From NCBI GenBank assembly GCA_000165425.1, contig CT868027.1:62001-126000 (forward strand): a stretch of 64,000 nucleotides of DNA, read 5' to 3'. The stretch is from Paramecium tetraurelia (Eukaryota). Under the pieces are notes generated by a model that was not told where the DNA came from, ran no database searches, and was given only the letters and a program-made list of their open reading frames with translations. This document shows, one piece after another, positions 1 through 14,665 of this stretch (position 1 is the stretch's first letter; every line of letters begins with the position of its first letter). A program made the position numbers and the translations under genes.

Positions 1-1418
1 ACTTTCAATTTCATAATTTAATTATTCTAGATTTTCAATACGACTTTGTTATTCCTCAGTTTATCTAAATTAAGTCTACTATATACTTTTTTAGTTATGA
101 CATTTAGTAAACACTTTAATTAAATTATCTACTTAATTCTCTATTTGCTTATTCGCATTCTAGTAACTTATTATTAGCTTCAGTCAATTATAATTAGAAA
201 CTCATGATTTCTTTTTATTTATCAGATATATTCTTTTGCAATTACTAAAATAGGCATAAACATATGAAATACTTTCTTAGAATTCTCTGCTGAAACAACA
301 TCATTCTTTTTCGATTATAATTCTTCTTCTAATTTACCAAGCTTTTCTTAGATTTATATCATTTTTTTAATTTATTCATTTGATGTTTCCGATTGTTTCT
401 TTCTCTCTTAATTCTCAAATTTCAACTTTTCGATTTACTGATTTAATTAATCAATTTATTCTTTTTGTTACTCAATATGGTCAATCAAAGCGTCTTTTTC
501 CTATTCCTATTGTTAAATCGTCGAATTTGCATGAGTTATGTTCTTCATTGCTTCTTACATAGATTGTGATAGATCTTCATTTTATTATTATAATTCATTT
601 TCATGTTTTTTCATTAACTCATTTATTTAATTTGATTATTTAAGTTAATTTTCTAAATGTTATATAATTTGATCTCTCTATTTAAATTCATTTTAGATTG
701 TTTACATCTATACTTTGTTGTGTTATAGTTCTAAATAGATATCTATAGCATTCTCATTTCTTTTCTTGTTTTTTGAATTAGTTATGAACACTCCTTAATT
801 ATACAATTTTTTCTCTAATTCCATTTTTATAATGTGATTATAAATTCTTAATTATTCCGAATTCAATCTTTCCTACATCAATTACTGTTCCAACTCTGCT
901 ACTGTACTTTATGGTTATTACTAGGATTATTATTACTAACGTTGTTGTTACTGTGAGAGTTAGGACATCTAGGATTGTTGAGATTATTGCACAAATTGAG
1001 GTAATTTCGATTCTTGAACTGGTGTTTTAACTGGACTTGAAGGTTGTAATTGTTATTTCTTTGAACTGTCAGGTCTTATTATCTGTACAACTTTTGGCAT
1101 ATTTTAATTACTAACTTACTATTTTGGTTGGAGAACTTGATTTTATTATTAATCCTGTTCATTGTTAACTAAGATCAATGGTCCTTTCTAGAAATTAGGA
1201 GAACTTACCGATTGAAATATACGATTTGTATCTTAAGATGCTAAAGACGATTTGAATTTATAATTACATGCACTGTATACAAGAGATTCTTGAGTGAATC
1301 TCTATTGTTATTATGGGATTTGTTGTTGATTTGGTTTGGTTGGAGTTGGTTGATCTCTCTCCGAATGCTCAGATGGCTGATATTCATAACCCTCATTCTC
1401 AAAATTGATTTAAGACAT
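1..1418 (-). CDS. Gln-rich coiled-coil protein (3' end outside window)
   Basis: ATG at 1418 (MSQINFENEGYEYQPSEH...). Open in code 6 with short introns; long Q/E/K heptad region runs off the window start. Exact intron boundaries are uncertain. Confidence 0.7.
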
Positions 1419-1485
1419 TAAATTTATTTATTAATAATTTTAAGGTTCCCCTTAACGATCTTTTTATTTGTAAAATTTATAGATA

Positions 1486-2748
1486 TCATTCATCGTAAAT
1501 AATATGTATCTCTCCTGAACCTCCGCAATCTGATGATGCCACCACAAAAACCATGTTGGTCCAACAATCTATTTATAGTTCTGCTTGAACAGGTTGATTA
1601 TATGCTTTATTTTTTACCATTTAAATTAGACCAGTGGCAGGATTTACTGTTAGGGTTAATTGATCACCTCTGTTAAAAAAAGGAAATTTGGAGGCCAAAA
1701 ATAATTTGTGTGGTTTGCTTGGATCCAATTCAACAGATCCTGTTTCACACACACCTATTTAAAATGTCTATAATATTTGTTGTTGGATGCTAAACGTTAT
1801 TGATTTTGGAGGCTTAAGAGGTCCCTCCTACAAACGAGGTCCTATTAGAGCCAATCTGGTCTTATTTGTTTTATTGCCTGTATTTGGGGGCACTAATAAC
1901 CTAGTTGGACTGATTAATTTGAATTAAGAATGCACTTATTTAAATGTAAATGGATTGAGAAAAGTTTTCGATAATTAACTGCTAAAAGTTGATATAAATA
2001 GTTATCTTTGACTTGGACTAACATTCATTGCAGGAGATGCGAACATTGATTAAGTCCCAATAAAAGGTTCAACATTGGATAATTTACGCGATATTGAATT
2101 ATTCTACATTGTTTGATTAAACTCCTCTATTTGTTATTGTATTTATGAAGTCATATCCTAAAGTGTTTCATCTAAAATGAGAAGTCTCTTATCTAATTTT
2201 TAATTAAAGAATGAATGCTCCTTTTGATTGCATGTTTATAGCAATTCATCATTTTAGAGTAATAAAAGGAGAGAAGATTTGAGATTATCAGATAATTAAA
2301 CTTATCTATCCATTTAAGTAACATCTTTTATTTTTGTTTCTGCTTTAGCCTCGCTTGTGAGATGCCTAATTATTCTCTCTATTTCATTCAATTTCTAGTA
2401 GTAAGTCTTTTATAAATTTTATGATTTCTAATCTCTTTCATTAATCTGAGACTCCAACGATTGTAACAGATTATTGAACACATCTGTAAATTATTGTAAT
2501 TTATCTTTTATTAACTGAGTTTTCTATTAAGGTTATTTCCATTCAAACATTATAAAATTTGTTAACAAATCTGAAGCTCTCTTCATTGACATCATTTATA
2601 GATGGCTATCAACCTCTATGCATTGTGTACAAATAAATGAATCACGAAAGTTGCATTTCATTTTAATCATTTTTGCCTTCTCTAATGGATGGCGATGGCA
2701 TCGTTATTATTCGATAAATTATAATACATATTCATTCAACGATTCCAT
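1486..2748 (-). CDS. B-box-like zinc finger / coiled-coil protein with SPRY-like C-terminus
   Basis: 1263-nt span (421 codons), no intron needed. N-term CHRHP..C..CTQC; C-term FQIGVCE...FNRGDQLTLTVNPATGLIQMVKN resembles SPRY strands. Confidence 0.7.
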
Positions 2749-3187
2749 TTTATTTTTATTATTTATATTTACAAATAAATAATTTTCTTATAAATTATCA
2801 GTCTCATAAACAGAATTTATTCATAATAATCAAATTAGTTTGCATATTTATAATCATAAAAATGGATCTAATAAGTTATCTACAAATCCTTAATATTATT
2901 TAGATAATTCTAATAAGTGGACTTCAATAAAACGCATTTAAATACTATTATAAGTACATCTATATATTCTATAACGTAATTTAAGAAAATAATAAATTAA
3001 ATCACATCATAACCAAATTGGAAGGTTTTAATATTTTTAATACTTGCCAAAATGTTTTGTATTCAAATTATAAATACTATATTATTAATAATTCAATTTT
3101 TGTTTAGCATGCAATTATTGATAATTCTAAGTTCTTCATTTTAATTTTATTGATGTGAATTATTAAAGTTAATTAATAATATTATAT

Positions 3188-6100
3188 ATGATAATACAAT
3201 ATACAATTGTGGCTATTCTATTGATTTTCACTTTGGCAAAAAGAATAATGCTCACTGAAAATTTCAATTCATTAAAGTTTAATTCAACAGGGTGGAAGTG
3301 TTTGCCCAGCAATATTGATTCTTTAATATACTTATGTAACAACGGGATGAATTTAGTTAAATTAAGTCAGGAATGCAATTAAATTGGTAAAACTTTTATC
3401 GATATTCCACCACACTTCAGTCTTTAACTTTATGTGGATTTCATTGCTTATAGGTCTATTGATGTAAACGAAAAAGCATTTATTAAAGTTGATAATACCA
3501 AGATTTACACTTATTATAATTAACAAGCAGGAAATCTTTATTATAGCAATTAATGTGAAACATCCAATGAAAAATTTAGTATGATCACGGCTATTTAGGA
3601 GTTCACTCATACAAGTACTTAATTAACAATAGAATTCTCAACTAGTTTAAATGAACCATTTTGGAATGAAGGTTATCCTTTCAGAAATTTATAATTATTC
3701 ATTAGTTAATGCCATTATACTTGCAAGACATGTTCGAGTGAAGCTTATAATTCATGTTTAAGTTGCTTCACATTGAATCCCTCGCCTACCCTCTGGTAAT
3801 GCCAAACCTGTAAAGATTAATAAACCTTAAGATTTTTATTAACAACTCAAGGATGCTTGTAAGAATGCCCTGATGGTTACAGTTATGATTAAGAACTTGT
3901 TTGTTAAAGAAATATAAGTAAAAATTTAGTTCTAAATAGAATTATTAACTCTTTCAAATCTAAATTAAATTCAACCCATGATTTCTTAAGACTTCCTTTT
4001 GATTACCTAAATTAATTTAGCATTAAGATCTCCTTTGGTTTGCAGTGCTACTGAGTAGTATTTACCATACTATCTAAATGAAATTTTATACCAAGTTCTA
4101 AACTTAGGCAGTTCATCAGTAGCCATTAGATTAAAAGTCACTATAATTTTAATAGGGACATGGATAGCAGATAATTCTGTCTAGATATAACTTAATGGTG
4201 AAATAATAGATACTATCAGTTTCAATAACTTGATAGTCACAACTTAAAAAAGTGTGATATTGTATTAAGATTAAATCAAATAAGTGTGCAATTTTAAAGA
4301 TGTATTTAAAATACGAGTCGAGCTTTATCAAGTCATTAATCAATAAACTTTAAATCTTTCATTTAATGGGAATAATTTGATTGGTCAATCTTTGTCTTGG
4401 TCTATTTAAGATGTAGATATAGAATAGGAGGTTTGTTCTCTGAATTGCAATTCATGTTCTAATAGATATAATTGCAATACTTGTATCCCATCCTTCTATT
4501 TGCATAAAGGCTAGTGTATTGTAAATTGTCCCTCCTTTTCAAGAAAAGTCGGTGGCTAATGCATCGATTTAGATGAAGAACTAATTGATTAAAAGAATTC
4601 AAAAATAGAATATTTAGTAAAAGAATTTTATGATGTTTCAACAACATAAGAGAGAGTAAATGAGTTATTTAAATTGGTTTCTAATAGTGCTAATAATTTT
4701 GCAAAAGGAGATAACATTTACTTCTCATATGTTCCAGATAAGAAAGTTTTTGGAGGAGCATTAGTTTGGATAGATGCAATATTTCAATTATAATTGGAGA
4801 TTCCAATGTATTATCACTAAGTAAGAGTTAAGTTTCAAGTAATTTTGGGAGATGATTTTAATACTGGAAGCTTCGTATACAAAATTAATAATAAGAGTGA
4901 TGTAATATTAACAAAATCAACAGCGAATCCAATATAAAATGTTTAAATTTGGGGTGATTCATAACCAGATTATGTTCTTTAAGTGGACGAAACAATAAAA
5001 AATGATGAAATTTATTAAAGGCAATTGATAATATAATTCAAATGTAACAATCCAAATCAATAGGTAAATAAATAGTTCTGTGCCATATAAGATTTATTCA
5101 TAACAGCTGAATATTATTGCACAAAGGAATATAGATTTGATATATTTAATTATCAGAATGGTTTGAATCCATGTGTTCCTATATGTGGAGATGGGTATGT
5201 AGTTGATGAAGAATAGTGTGATGATGAAAATCTAGATCCATTTGATGGATGTTTCAATTGTTAATATTAATGTGAAGAATTTTGTTAATACTGTGTTTAG
5301 GGTAAGTGCTTATTAAATTTGGAAGGAGGATATGAAAACTAAATGTTTTTAGAAAACATAATATTATAATAAGAGATTGTATACTATAATGATAAAATTT
5401 ATAATGAGTGCTAGATAGAATGTTTAATTTGTCATAATGGAAATTGTTATCAATGTATGGAAGGTTATATATTAGACGTAATCACATAGAATTGTTATAT
5501 GCTTATTATAGGTTGTAAGAATGTATAATCATATTGGAAAGAAATTTAAAATTATGCTAAAATAAGTATTTGTGAAAGTGATATCCCATATTCAAAACTA
5601 GACAATATTTATAAAGATCCAGATTATTAATGTATAAATTGCTTATCTTTTGAATATTAAAGTTGCAATAATAAATGCTCATTTTGTTATTAAGGATTAT
5701 GTTTTCAATGCCAATCTGGATATACACTTTATAATAACCTAGATTGTGTTACTATTTGTGGCGATGGTCTTGTTAATAAAGATAAGTTGAGCATTGAAAA
5801 TAATGAAGAATGTGACAATCCTTATATTGAAGGATGCCAAAATTGTATGATACAATCTGGATATACATGTATTTAAGAAGATAACTCAGTTTGTTGGACT
5901 TGCGATGCGAAATGTTTGAAATGCATTAATGATAGCAATACTTTGTTATGCCAACAATGTATTGATGGTTATTATGCTGTAAATAGTGTTTGTTACATAT
6001 GTGATGATAATTGTTTAACATGTAAAGATGATTCATCATTATGTACTTCATGCTTTAGAGATGATTGCTAAAAATGCGAAGATATTCCTGGTTTGTACAC

Positions 6101-7922
6101 AGATTATTAAATTAAGAAATGTGTGCCATAATGTGGAGATGGCATAAAGATGCAATTTTACGAGTAATGTGATGATGGCAATATAATTGATGGAGATGGT
6201 TGTGATTCTAATTGTAATTCAGAATTTGCCTAAGATTTATATTCGATTGAAATTCAACGACTTAGTGGAACAAATTCGAATGATTTAAATATTATTCATG
6301 ATTCCAAAGTTCAATTGGATTGTTAAAATACAAAAGTTACTATTGAAGGATTCGATTAGAAGGAGTTCCTCTATAAATCTACTATTAGTGATAGTGGTTG
6401 TCAAATTTCATTCATATTTTTTAAATCAATACGAAAAACCAATATGATACATATCTATATTTAATATCGAGAAGTTTAAACAAGAATTCTTACTGATTAG
6501 TACTAATAGTAGAAAGAAATTTAAGTGAACCCTATTGAATAAATAATTTTAGATGATAGCCAAAAATCTTAAGCTGATGCAATTTCTAATGCACAATCGA
6601 GTCTATCTATACTAATTTGGATTCTGGCACCACTTTCAATTCTTTTCGGTTTATTTGATTATTTATGGGCTGTCCTTGAAATCCTGAGTTGGATTAATAA
6701 CTTTTACTTTTTCAACGTTAACTTCCCTTTCAATGTTTAAACCTTTTTTTTGAATAGCGATTGGTCATCTATAATAAGCTTTCCAACCTATTAAGATTTG
6801 AATTAACCAGGTTGTGATTACTATTTTGAGTCTCCCCCTAGATTCACAGAAAAAGGAGTTGATCCATTATTCCTTAATAATGCCTAAGTGCCCATCTTCT
6901 TTATATTTACTTCAGTTTTACTCTATTTCGCCAGCTTTTTAATTTTATCATTATTCAAATTTATTGATTAGGCTACACTGATAAAAATACCAATCCATAA
7001 TCATTCAACTTTTTGTATTTAAAACTAAAAGGATATTCACTTGCATCGCTAAAATCAACCCTAGTTTTTGATTAAATCTAATATTTATATTGAGTTTATT
7101 GTATAGAAGCTGATAATCATTTCAAATAAGTTTTAAATTAGAATAAAATAAACAATCACCTTATGCTTATTAGATTTAACGATGGCAATAACCTTACAAT
7201 TAATCTATGGTAAACAATTTCAATACAGCATGATATTAATTAATACCATTTTAGCATTATTATTTTGTTGTTTAATTTTTTACTAACTAAGACAATCCTA
7301 TTTCGTAATAGGCATTCATAAAAATCTGGCTGAATTTCCACCTTTTAAATTAAAATATGGATGCTATTATGAGAATATCAACATAGACAATGCATTTGGA
7401 CTTAAATTTAATTTCTTCGGACTCATTCGAAAGATTACTTACATTATTTGCATTGTTTATTTTTATTACAATCCTCTTTTGCAAACTACTCTATGTTTCA
7501 TATCATGCTCTTCAGGAGTCTTATTGTTACTTTACTCTAATCCATTTGAAAGTAAAGGACAATTTTATAAATAATTAATTTCAGAAGCAGGATTAAGTTT
7601 GATTACTTGTGTTACTATTATACTTTCTATTGACGATATATTAAATCAAATGGAAGAAACAACAAAGATTAATTTAGGTTGGGTGATTATATCATTAGTC
7701 ATATTATGTGTTTTATGCGAAATCTTAACATTAATATTTGAAATTTGTAGACTACTTCATGAAATAGGAATCTAAATGATAATATCAATATTGAATAGAA
7801 ATAAAACCAATAAGGAAATTGAAACTAAAGCTTAAATCTAAGAATCAAAGCTACCAGAAATAATATTAGCAAATAAATTATCCTTTATTAACCATGGCCA
7901 AATTCATCAAATATTCATATGA
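3188..7922 (+). CDS. Large Cys-rich surface/membrane protein (Myxococcus-type Cys repeats, furin-like repeats, C-terminal multi-TM region), ~1570 aa
   Basis: Signal peptide MIIQYTIVAILLIFTLAK; 22-nt intron 3918-3939; CGDG..E(Q/E)CD repeats near 5185, 5757, 6132; CxxC repeats; hydrophobic helices ~6600-7750; TGA 7920-7922. Confidence 0.85.
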
Positions 7923-8315
7923 CTTTGTATTTAGTATTATATATTATATATTAACTTTATCTAAAATTTTAAAATATACCTTAATCAATTGATTCAGGTG
8001 CAATTGAATAAATAGATAACAGAATTCTTTTAATAAAGTACTTATGGATTTATGTATCAGCAAAATATTAATAATATTTTACAAATAAAATAGCAAGGGA
8101 TATATTTTTAATTTTCATATTTCTATATAATAAATTATACATTTTTTAAGGTATATATATATTTACTTTACTAACATATATATCTATGACTAGTGTTCGA
8201 TATTTCGCTAATATGAATTAGTTCTATTTCGGAGGTTATCTTCAACTTATTTTAGCCTTATTATTATAATTGACTGCTTATAAGTATTTTAAATATATTA
8301 TGATTGTTATTAATA

Positions 8316-8772
8316 ATGTTAAAATTTTAAAGAATCTGTCTAAGATAGTTTAGTTAAAAAAAAATATTAACTGATGAGTAAATAAAAGAAGGTCTTAGAC
8401 CTCTTTTAATGAAGGAGGGATACTTTGAAGATGATTAATATTTATATTACATTGATCGAGATAGCAGAGTCAGAAAAGTACCTAGAGAGTACTAAAAGAG
8501 AGAGTAAATAACATATTCTATGCCTTCTTAGTGGAATTTATAGAATTAAGTTTCTTGAACCTATATATAGATGGTGGATACGTAGATCACCAGACACTTA
8601 ATTTGCAATAATTCCTTATTTTTTATCAGCTCTCTTCTTTACTGTGATATACAATGGAGCAAATTTCATTATCGAAAGAGAAGATCAAATAGTAGAGAAG
8701 GCTAAAGTAGATCCAAACTTTAATAAAGAAAATCTTGCAAGATGGAAGAGCGAAAAGTAATAGGAAAAGTGA
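8316..8772 (+). CDS. Small single-TM protein with probable mitochondrial presequence (142 aa)
   Basis: MLKFQRICLRQFSQKK... ; intron 8504-8531; TM FAIIPYFLSALFFTVIY; TGA 8770-8772. Confidence 0.7.
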
Positions 8773-8800
8773 AATTAATAACCATTATTATTATTATTTA

Positions 8801-10694
8801 TCAATATGGATAAGGATGTTTCTCACTAAATTTAATGACACCTTCTATCTCTTTCATTACTCTAAGCACCATTTCTTCCTGATTGGGATATGAAATGACT
8901 TGAATGTTAACGGGTAATCCTTCAGCATTTTACATATTACGATTCATCATAATATAAACTAAATCAATAGTCCTTTCCTTGCCATCTATTTTTAAATCCT
9001 CTCCTCCTTGCACTCTTGTAATCGGCATACTTCCAGCTGGAACATCAACCGTATTCCACATCCATGTATACAATCTAATAATATAACAAATAAAGAAGTA
9101 CGCTGCCAAAGGAAGGACCTTGGATGCTCCGTGTTTAACTGCTGGACAACCAAATCCAGGTACAATTACAGCATCAATTTAGTTTTATTTCAAATATTAT
9201 AAAAATTGAAAATTCATTCTCTTTTGTTTTCCTGAATTTACCAAAAATTAATAAACGTCTAAACCATGAGTTTGTTTACTCATTACATATAAAGTTTTCT
9301 ATCCAAATATCCTTAATAAAGGTGCCAAAATATATGTTTATAAAAACACAGGTATTTTTGTTCCTGTCTCCATTAATTCATACTCTTCAATGATTTTTTC
9401 ACCTTTCAAATTTTCTCCAAAAGACTTAAATCCTCCTTCAGCTGCCACTAACCTTGGAAAAGCAACAGCTAATTCATGCTCCAATTCTGTATCCAAATTT
9501 ATTTCAACAATTTCATGTCCTTTGTCTTTCAAAGCCTAACAAGCTTCCTTAACAGCTCTTTTCATACAATTGGGTGGCAATAGATCATTGAATTACTCAA
9601 TATATCCTATTCTCAATTTATCCTTTTTAGCATTCTAAGTGAAATCAAGGTCTCGAGGGTACCAATAAGGATCTTAGATTTATGGTGGTAGTTCAGAATA
9701 ACTCTTAGAATCAAATAAGACTCTTAACATAACTATTAGATCATCTACACTACGACCTAATGGACCCTTGGATGGCCGTATGTTAACCATTCCACTAGCT
9801 GCTTTTTCAATCACTCCTTCACCAACTTCTGTTTATCTAACCATACTTGGTTTAAAACCATAAACTCCACAAAATGCAGCTGGTATTCTTATGCTTCCAC
9901 CAATATCTGAACCCATACCAATGACACTGCATCGAGCAGCTTGTAAGGCAGCTTCTCCTCCTGAGGATCCACCTACTGCTCTATCCTTATTCCAAGGATT
10001 AAGAGATCTCCCAAATATTCTATTAGTAGATTCAAAAGTCATTGCCAGTTGAGGTAAATTGCTTCTTACAAATATAATACCTCTAGCCTTTTTGATCAAA
10101 GATACTTAGATTCCATCATAGGTAGCTGGCTTATTCAATCGAGAAGCTAATCCGTAAGTGTTATCAAATCCTTTTTGGATGTAAGTGTCTTTAACTGATA
10201 CAGGGATTCCAAAAAGATCGTATTTATAGATAATTTGAGGGATCTATAGAAATTTCCTAATCTTGTCTCCTATGTTAAATCACTCTATAAATATACTCAG
10301 CCTCTTGTATTGCTTCTATGAAGTTGACATCTGTGATAAGATTCAAGTTATCCGAGGTTGCTACTGACAATGTTCTATTAATAAATACTAGCAACACTTG
10401 TTTAACTGTGGCCTTTTTTTCAAACAAAATATATTTAATGTCAGAAATTGTGAAATTTAATATATCCTTTTCCAATTGAGCATTTAAACCTGTGGACAAA
10501 TCATGTGATTATCTAAATTACTAAATAGATCTTTTGAGTTCCTCCCTCCTCTATTCACATAATTTATCATATTTTCTTTAAATTCTGTACTGGGCAACAA
10601 AGTTTGTCAGACCATAGAGTGCTAGTATCCCAAAAGCACCGAAAAGATACTTGTGTTCTTTTTTTGAGAACAAATTTTGTAATTTGAATTACAT
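8801..10694 (-). CDS. Amidase-signature family protein (fatty-acid amide hydrolase-like); apparent +1 frameshift at ~10240
   Basis: GIPVSVKD, GGSSGGE and GSDIGGSIRIPAAFCG motifs; N-terminal hydrophobic anchor; intron 10270-10296. Confidence 0.9.
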
Positions 10695-10883
10695 TAATAT
10701 ATATTTTAAATTTTCATAAGATATACTAATTAAGCATTCTTTTATAAAAAGTAGAGGCTTGCACTAAAAATGACATGCTTTAGAGCAATTTTAATTAATA
10801 TTTAGATATGATAGTTATTTCATACAGATTTCTGTGATATTTAAATCGATAAAAGCAGATTGATTTTTTTATTAAATAAAATA

Positions 10884-11644
10884 ATGGATTAGATCGAATA
10901 TGTGAATCTTGAAAAGAAGCCATAGACTAATAAAAATAATTAAAGAGGAAGATAAAATAATAGACCAAACAAAAATGATAGAAATAGAAGAAACCAAAGA
11001 GATAATAAACCATTCAAGAATTAAAGAAAGCAATGGAGAAACAAGGATTAATAGAGATAAAAAGTAGATTATTTATTTTAATCTTTAAGCGTCCATTTCA
11101 ATCTGAGAATAGGATTGTGGCAACTGGCCAAAAGAGAAGACAATTATAATAAAGAAAATTTACTTAAAGACCTAAAGCCCCCAGAAATATTTAACCAAAT
11201 GTCATCATAAAAGGATTGGATCCAAAAATGACAGAAGCTGGTTTACAAGTATAGAAATCATTTCATCCTCCTTTAGGAAGCATGCAAAGATTTTGGCCCA
11301 ATGAATATGTGTAAATTGGACAGAGATAACTTTGGATAAGTGAAGGTATTATTAATTATTAAGTTTTGAACAGCCAGAAGGAATTGGATTAGTTAGATTC
11401 ACAAGAGTAGAAGATGCCAAGGCTTGTGTCGAAAAGCTGGATGGTGTTACTGTGTAAATCATTGGGGAGAACAACAATGTAAATCATTGAAATAATCTAT
11501 AGGAAAAAGTAATATCTGCAACCTTCGTTGATGATTAAGAATAAGTTGACGATAATAGGAATAGAGGTGTATTGAACATTACTAAGAGATCAATAAATAA
11601 AAGGTATTGATTCAATAAAATTAAATAGAAACTGGAGAAGATGA
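10884..11644 (+). CDS. Single-RRM RNA-binding protein with basic N-terminus (ALY/REF/Yra1-like)
   Basis: NVIIKGLDPKMTEAGLQEACKDFGP...GIGLVRFTRVEDAKACVEKLDG after removing five 24-28 nt introns; R/N/Q-rich N-terminus. Confidence 0.75.
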
Positions 11645-12183
11645 ATTTGAATAAACACAAATATGTTATTTTAAACAATTCAAAAATCAATCATTTAGAT
11701 TTATTAATAAATAACTCATAACATTTTGATAATAGATTATGGATAAATCCTGAAAACAATTTATAATTTAGGAAATAAAAATACTCCAATTATCGGGGAG
11801 TTCAACTTATTTCTATATATTCGAGGCCTATTCATAATCTACTCTCTCACATTGTCCTGGTTTCAAATACTTTTTCTTAATAGTCAATTATTAAAATAGC
11901 CTCATTTTTGAATGAATATTAGATTTTTTAAATATTTATTTCGATACATTTTTAACTCAATCAATATCTGGCTAAATCGCTCAATTTCTAATCATGCTTG
12001 AATATATCACTCCACATTATTATTTTGATAATATTGTTTATCCTATAAATCAATCCTTAAATTATTTTACTTAATTAGATGATCTCCAAATCTCTAGAAT
12101 TTCGATTTTGTTTTTCAATTTAAGTCAGAAAAATTAGAATATTTGCATGATTATAAAATTAATTATATAAATTTAGAATAATA

Positions 12184-13923
12184 ATGCATATGATGAGGAC
12201 TAGATGTAACAAACACAAATAAAATTATATACAATTCATTTGCCTTTAAGAGGATTGTGAAATTAATAAATTGGGATGTATTAGTTGTTTTCCAGATCAT
12301 GATGGTCACACTAAACAAAATATGGAAATCTAACATTTCTTTGAAAAGATAACACAAAAAGATAGGGATCTTGAGTTAAAGTATCTATAACTAATTAATT
12401 CAAACTCAGCTAAGAAGAATAAGGAATAAATAATCAGATCTATTTAATAATAATGCAAAGCTATCTAAAGTAGGGCATTTAGTTTCATTGATCGTCACTG
12501 TGAAGCCTTAATAAACAGTGTTTAAAATAAGAATCTCAATGATTCAACTTCATAATTAAAGGTTAAAGGTTATCATGATGAACTTGAAAGGATAAAAAAT
12601 AAATCAACTTATACGTTAGAGAATAAAGTAATTTAATTTATTATATAAAATAGGAGATTGAATTCCTGATTAACTTTGTTTTAACAAATGATTATTCAGA
12701 AATGATTGCAAGTGCTTTTCAAATAAAGGAAAAAAACATTTAAGAATTCACATATGACATTAATCAGATAGTCAATTCAATAGATTATTAACTTTCTGAA
12801 CTTTACAATCAATTAGACTCACAACTTTCAGCTCAATAATTTGCCTCCTCTCCATCATTTGACCAAAAAAACAAAAGTTTTTAACACAATTATTCATTGA
12901 CTCTTGGAATTTTACCAAAAAGCCCAAATAGAAATTCCACTAAAGGCAAGTCAAAATCTCCTCTAAGATAAACATCAACAAATCAATCAAGAATGAAGAC
13001 TCCTGAATCAAACAAAAAACAAACTTATTCCATTGGATCCACCAGTAAAATTTAGATTTCAAAGTTCCTTATGACTTCTCCCTTAAAGGAGGAAGATGAT
13101 TTTATCACTAAAAATAAAAATCTAGAATCCTTAATTACAAATGTATTAATGATCCATCTGCCATTCAAATATTTAAATGATCACTTAGTGTTCTTAAAAA
13201 ACAATTATGTTGAGTTCTAAGATTATAATAGAATTACTCAATAGGAAAAAGTATAAATAATTGAAGAATCTAACTCTTAATTGCTATATGTTCTATGGGA
13301 TAATTTAATGATTGAGTGGTTAAAACCTCCTCTCAACTTTAGTATCATTTAAATTAAAGTTTATGAAGTTGAAAATAACTTTAATTCTTTTCTAGAGCTA
13401 TTTGATAAGCAATTAAAAATGCACGAATTCGTCGCTTATGTTATTAAATAGAAAATAATTAAACCAAAAGTTGATTATTAAACATGGTTCATTTTGGCTA
13501 GCAGAGCTACAAATTCATTTAAAATGTATAATATTAAGTCTAGTGGCAAGAAAGTAAATAGAGAAATGACAGTTGAAGATTAATCATTTTCTTGTGTTGA
13601 TCAATTAAAAGCTGCTAATGTCTACGCTTAATTTCCAAAAGTAATTCAAGACCATCTAAACGGGAGCTTTTCTATTGATAAGGATCTTAAAATTATTATC
13701 AAAGGAATCATGGATCCAAACTTCTAAACATAACTATTAGCAGAAAGATTACAAGTAAAAATTAAGTTTATTTTAGATTATGTTAAATTTGGTTACAAAT
13801 CCTTAAGTCGCTGCCAATCTAACATTCTAGAATATTGAGAAACACTTTGATCAAGTTTTGATCAATTTCAAGTATTTTATTAACTACCTAAATTTATCAT
13901 TAAAAGATACGCTATAAAACTGA
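12184..13923 (+). CDS. B-box-like zinc finger / coiled-coil protein
   Basis: MHMMRTRCNKHKQNYIQFICLQEDCEINKLGCISCFPDHDGH; introns of 26 and 22 nt; 564 codons to TGA. Confidence 0.75.
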
Positions 13924-14665
13924 TGTGTAAATATATAATCCACTTTAATAATCCTACATTATAAATCAATAATATATTAATTCTTATAGCAGCTTTCGAA
14001 ATTATCCTTAATTTTATTTGTTTCTTGTTAGAAAATATTAATAATGATTAAACTTAGTTTATTATTATTATTAAATTAAAGTATTATGAAATAATAAATT
14101 TGATGATTTTTACTTTGAATTGTTCAATCAATAAAATTATAAGTAAATCTTATCAAATTGTTCTAGTTTTATAATTATATTACTTTTTAATCATAAAAAT
14201 TCATTAACACTCAATTCATAAATGTAGTCTTCATTTACATACATAAATTATTTAGAATATATTGATAAAGTATGTCATTATACTTGTTTTATAAAAAAAA
14301 ATAAATTATATAATAGAATGGAAGGTGCCTAATTGGTTACAAATCTTATTTCATCTACTTTATGTAAGAGTAAATATATATTATATGTCTATTAATATCC
14401 AATGTATCTACATTATAAATCTTGGATAATAGAAGAGTATTTTCTCTAATTAATTGATTTAGTCACTTAATTATACTATCAAATCTTGAAATCTTTATTT
14501 TTATATATTCTTTTAAGCAATAGCAAATAAATTTATTAGTTCTTTTTCATGCTGGCAAATCCTATAATTTGAATTCAGAAAGTAAATACTTATAGAGGAG
14601 TATGGATAATATTCATTCTATTTTTACTGTGAAAATTGAATTTTAATTATATAAATTAAATAATC

